Shown: positions 62,234 through 64,000 of the stretch, in pieces | Position numbering within the stretch: the stretch's first letter is position 1 | Layout of the letters: each line of letters starts with the position of its first letter | NCBI GenBank assembly: GCA_973895155.1 | Contig: OZ316898.1 | Location: forward strand, 10,382,286 to 10,446,285 | DNA: 64,000 nucleotides | Direction of reading: 5' to 3' | Origin: Marsupella aquatica | Lineage: Eukaryota > Plantae > Marchantiophyta | The notes under the pieces: model-generated | The model's input: the letters and a program-made list of their open reading frames with translations, nothing else | Database searches by the model: none | Told to the model about the DNA's origin: nothing | Made by a program: the position numbers and the translations under genes

Positions 62234-64000
62234 TGTTATAAGATGTAGATTACACTCTAAGTGACAATTAGGAGTTAGGGCAGTTACATAACTGCCCATC
62301 AATGTAACCCATATATTCTTACACTCCTAAGAGAAGTGTGATCATTGTTGGTGAATACATTGAATGAAACACGTTATCAGCACGAGCTGGTGTGTGTGAC
62401 AAATTTTTTTTTAGATAGAGGCAGATGACGCGCAGTTAAACTTCAGCAGCACTATTCCTCGATTGGAACTGATTCTTGGAACTCGGTGAGAGAAATCCAT
62501 CAGGTTTTGAACGATACCATCTCCTTAGCCATAAACGATTGCATTATCAAAGAACCTTATTACAAGCTAGCCAGCATCGGAACTTCCAATTGCAGCATTG
62601 ATCAATCATGGAGAAATTACATTTCAAAGCTCTCGCGATCGATGGCGCAAATTACTTGTCTTGGTCTTTAGATGTGGAGGCACATCTAGCATCTAAAGAC
62701 CTGCAAGACACAACCTTAACCGATGCAGGTACTACATTACAACAGAAGGCTCATGCCTTGATACTAATCAGGCACCATCTTGCTGAACCGCTTAAGACTC
62801 AATATCTCAATCACTACAACCCAAGGGTCCTATGGGACGAACTACAATTACGCTTCGATCATATGCGGACCATATCACTCCCGACAGCCCGCCACGATTG
62901 GATAAACCTGCGAGTACAAGATTACAGCACAATTGCGAGTTATAACAGCGAACTGTTCCGAATTACCTCCCAATTAGCTGTCTGCGGTAATCCAGTGGAT
63001 GAGGAAGAGCAGATCGAAAAGACTCTGTCCACTTTTCATGTAACTAACATAGTTCTAGCCTCTCAATATCGAAACATGAATTTCACGCGGTATTCTCAAT
63101 TGATATCACATATGCTCCTCGCTGAGAAGCATCAGATAATACTGCTCAACAATGCTAAAACAAGACCACCAGGGAGTGCAGCCCCTCCAGCCAGACCAGA
63201 AACTCATCTTATGACCTCAAGATTCCGGGGGCGCGGACGTGGCAACTTCAGGGGGAGCCGAGGACGTGCATTTGGAAGAGGAACTTACCAAGGATACAGA
63301 GGCAGTGGGAGCTTCCGACAACAATCCCAAGAATTCCAGCGAGACCCCACTTGGAATCAACGCGGAGGTGGCGGACGGAATCGAGGAAGAGGCTACCAAG
63401 CACAACCAAGAGATAAGTTTATTACACCCTCTTGTTTCCGATGCGGTACAAAAGGACATTTACAAAAAGAATGTCGGGCTCCTGCACACTTGGTCAAGCT
63501 CTATAAAGAAAGTATAAACAGGCAAACAGAAGATGCACAAGGCAATTTTATGGAAATTCCTGAAGACATACATGCTTATACACATGATACACCCCTTCCA
63601 GAAACCCACGTTGCTCACATGGATGCACAATCACAAGGCAAATTAACACCATCTAATTGCATAGTAGATAGTGGGACCTCCCACTCCATCCTAAGAAATC
63701 GACATTTTTTTCGAACAATTATAGCTTCTCACAGAGCCATAACTACCATCACAGGACAGAATCATATTGAGGAAGGGCACGGCCCCGCATCAGTTTGTTT
63801 CCCCCAGGGCACAGTAATCAACATCTCCTCGGCAATATACGCACCTAAAGCCACACGAAATTTAATTAGTTTCCAAGACATAAGAGCTAACAACTTTCAC
63901 ATATATACAAGCAAGACCAATGAGGGTGAAGTCCTACACATTATTGACCATTCTCCACCTGGAATGAAAATCTGTGAAACCTTGCCTATCCACCCTCCCG
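62234..64000 (+). mobile_element. Ty1/copia element of the Bianca lineage (5' LTR about 62234-62371; runs off the window)
   Basis: Short TGTT...AACA LTR followed by the Bianca-type PBS region CGTTATCAGCACG. Confidence 0.85.
62608..64000 (+). CDS. Bianca-type Gag-Pol polyprotein, 5' part (open to the window end)
   Basis: MEKLHFKALAIDGANYLSWSLDVEAHL, LPTARHDWINLRVQDY, IEKTLSTF, zinc knuckle CFRCGTKGHLQKEC, protease CIVDSGTSHSILRN. Absent from the ORF track because it has no stop in the window. Confidence 0.9.
   Translation, partial: MEKLHFKALAIDGANYLSWSLDVEAHLASKDLQDTTLTDAGTTLQQKAHALILIRHHLAEPLKTQYLNHYNPRVLWDELQLRFDHMRTISLPTARHDWINLRVQDYSTIASYNSELFRITSQLAVCGNPVDEEEQIEKTLSTFHVTNIVLASQYRNMNFTRYSQLISHMLLAEKHQIILLNNAKTRPPGSAAPPARPETHLMTSRFRGRGRGNFRGSRGRAFGRGTYQGYRGSGSFRQQSQEFQRDPTWNQRGGGGRNRGRGYQAQPRDKFITPSCFRCGTKGHLQKECRAPAHLVKLYKESINRQTEDAQGNFMEIPEDIHAYTHDTPLPETHVAHMDAQSQGKLTPSNCIVDSGTSHSILRNRHFFRTIIASHRAITTITGQNHIEEGHGPASVCFPQGTVINISSAIYAPKATRNLISFQDIRANNFHIYTSKTNEGEVLHIIDHSPPGMKICETLPIHPP

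Overview
Eukaryotic land-plant genomic DNA. GT-AG introns, plant-type proteins and plant TE families support this; a non-seed plant is my guess only. Three host genes are present: a serine palmitoyltransferase small subunit (minus, probably 2 exons with an N-terminal extension), an intronless VPS33 (plus), and a 9-exon proteasome beta-1 subunit PBA1 (minus) whose propeptide exon is tandemly duplicated. The rest is largely nested transposons: small MITEs (2.4-4.9 kb), a split Kolobok-like DDE transposase relic, an ORF1-only L1 LINE, a 3.8-kb TG..CA solo-LTR-like unit with a large ORF, and a TET/JBP-like dioxygenase relic. A complete CACTA element (44607-62113; CACTACAACA TIRs, AAT TSD) contains a solo LTR and a very young Ty1/copia element, and a Bianca-type copia runs off the right end. 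Main finding: removing the solo LTR in silico restores an uninterrupted 349-aa CACTA gene with a Cys/His domain, an NLS-like stretch and a SET domain. Its first exon can also splice in frame to the transposase. A TnpA-like gene is transcribed divergently, and four arrays of a CpG-containing TTTGCGA motif lie in the element's non-coding DNA. Together these form a candidate transposon-encoded chromatin-modifying (anti-silencing) system. All family assignments are from motif recognition by eye; no database searches were run.
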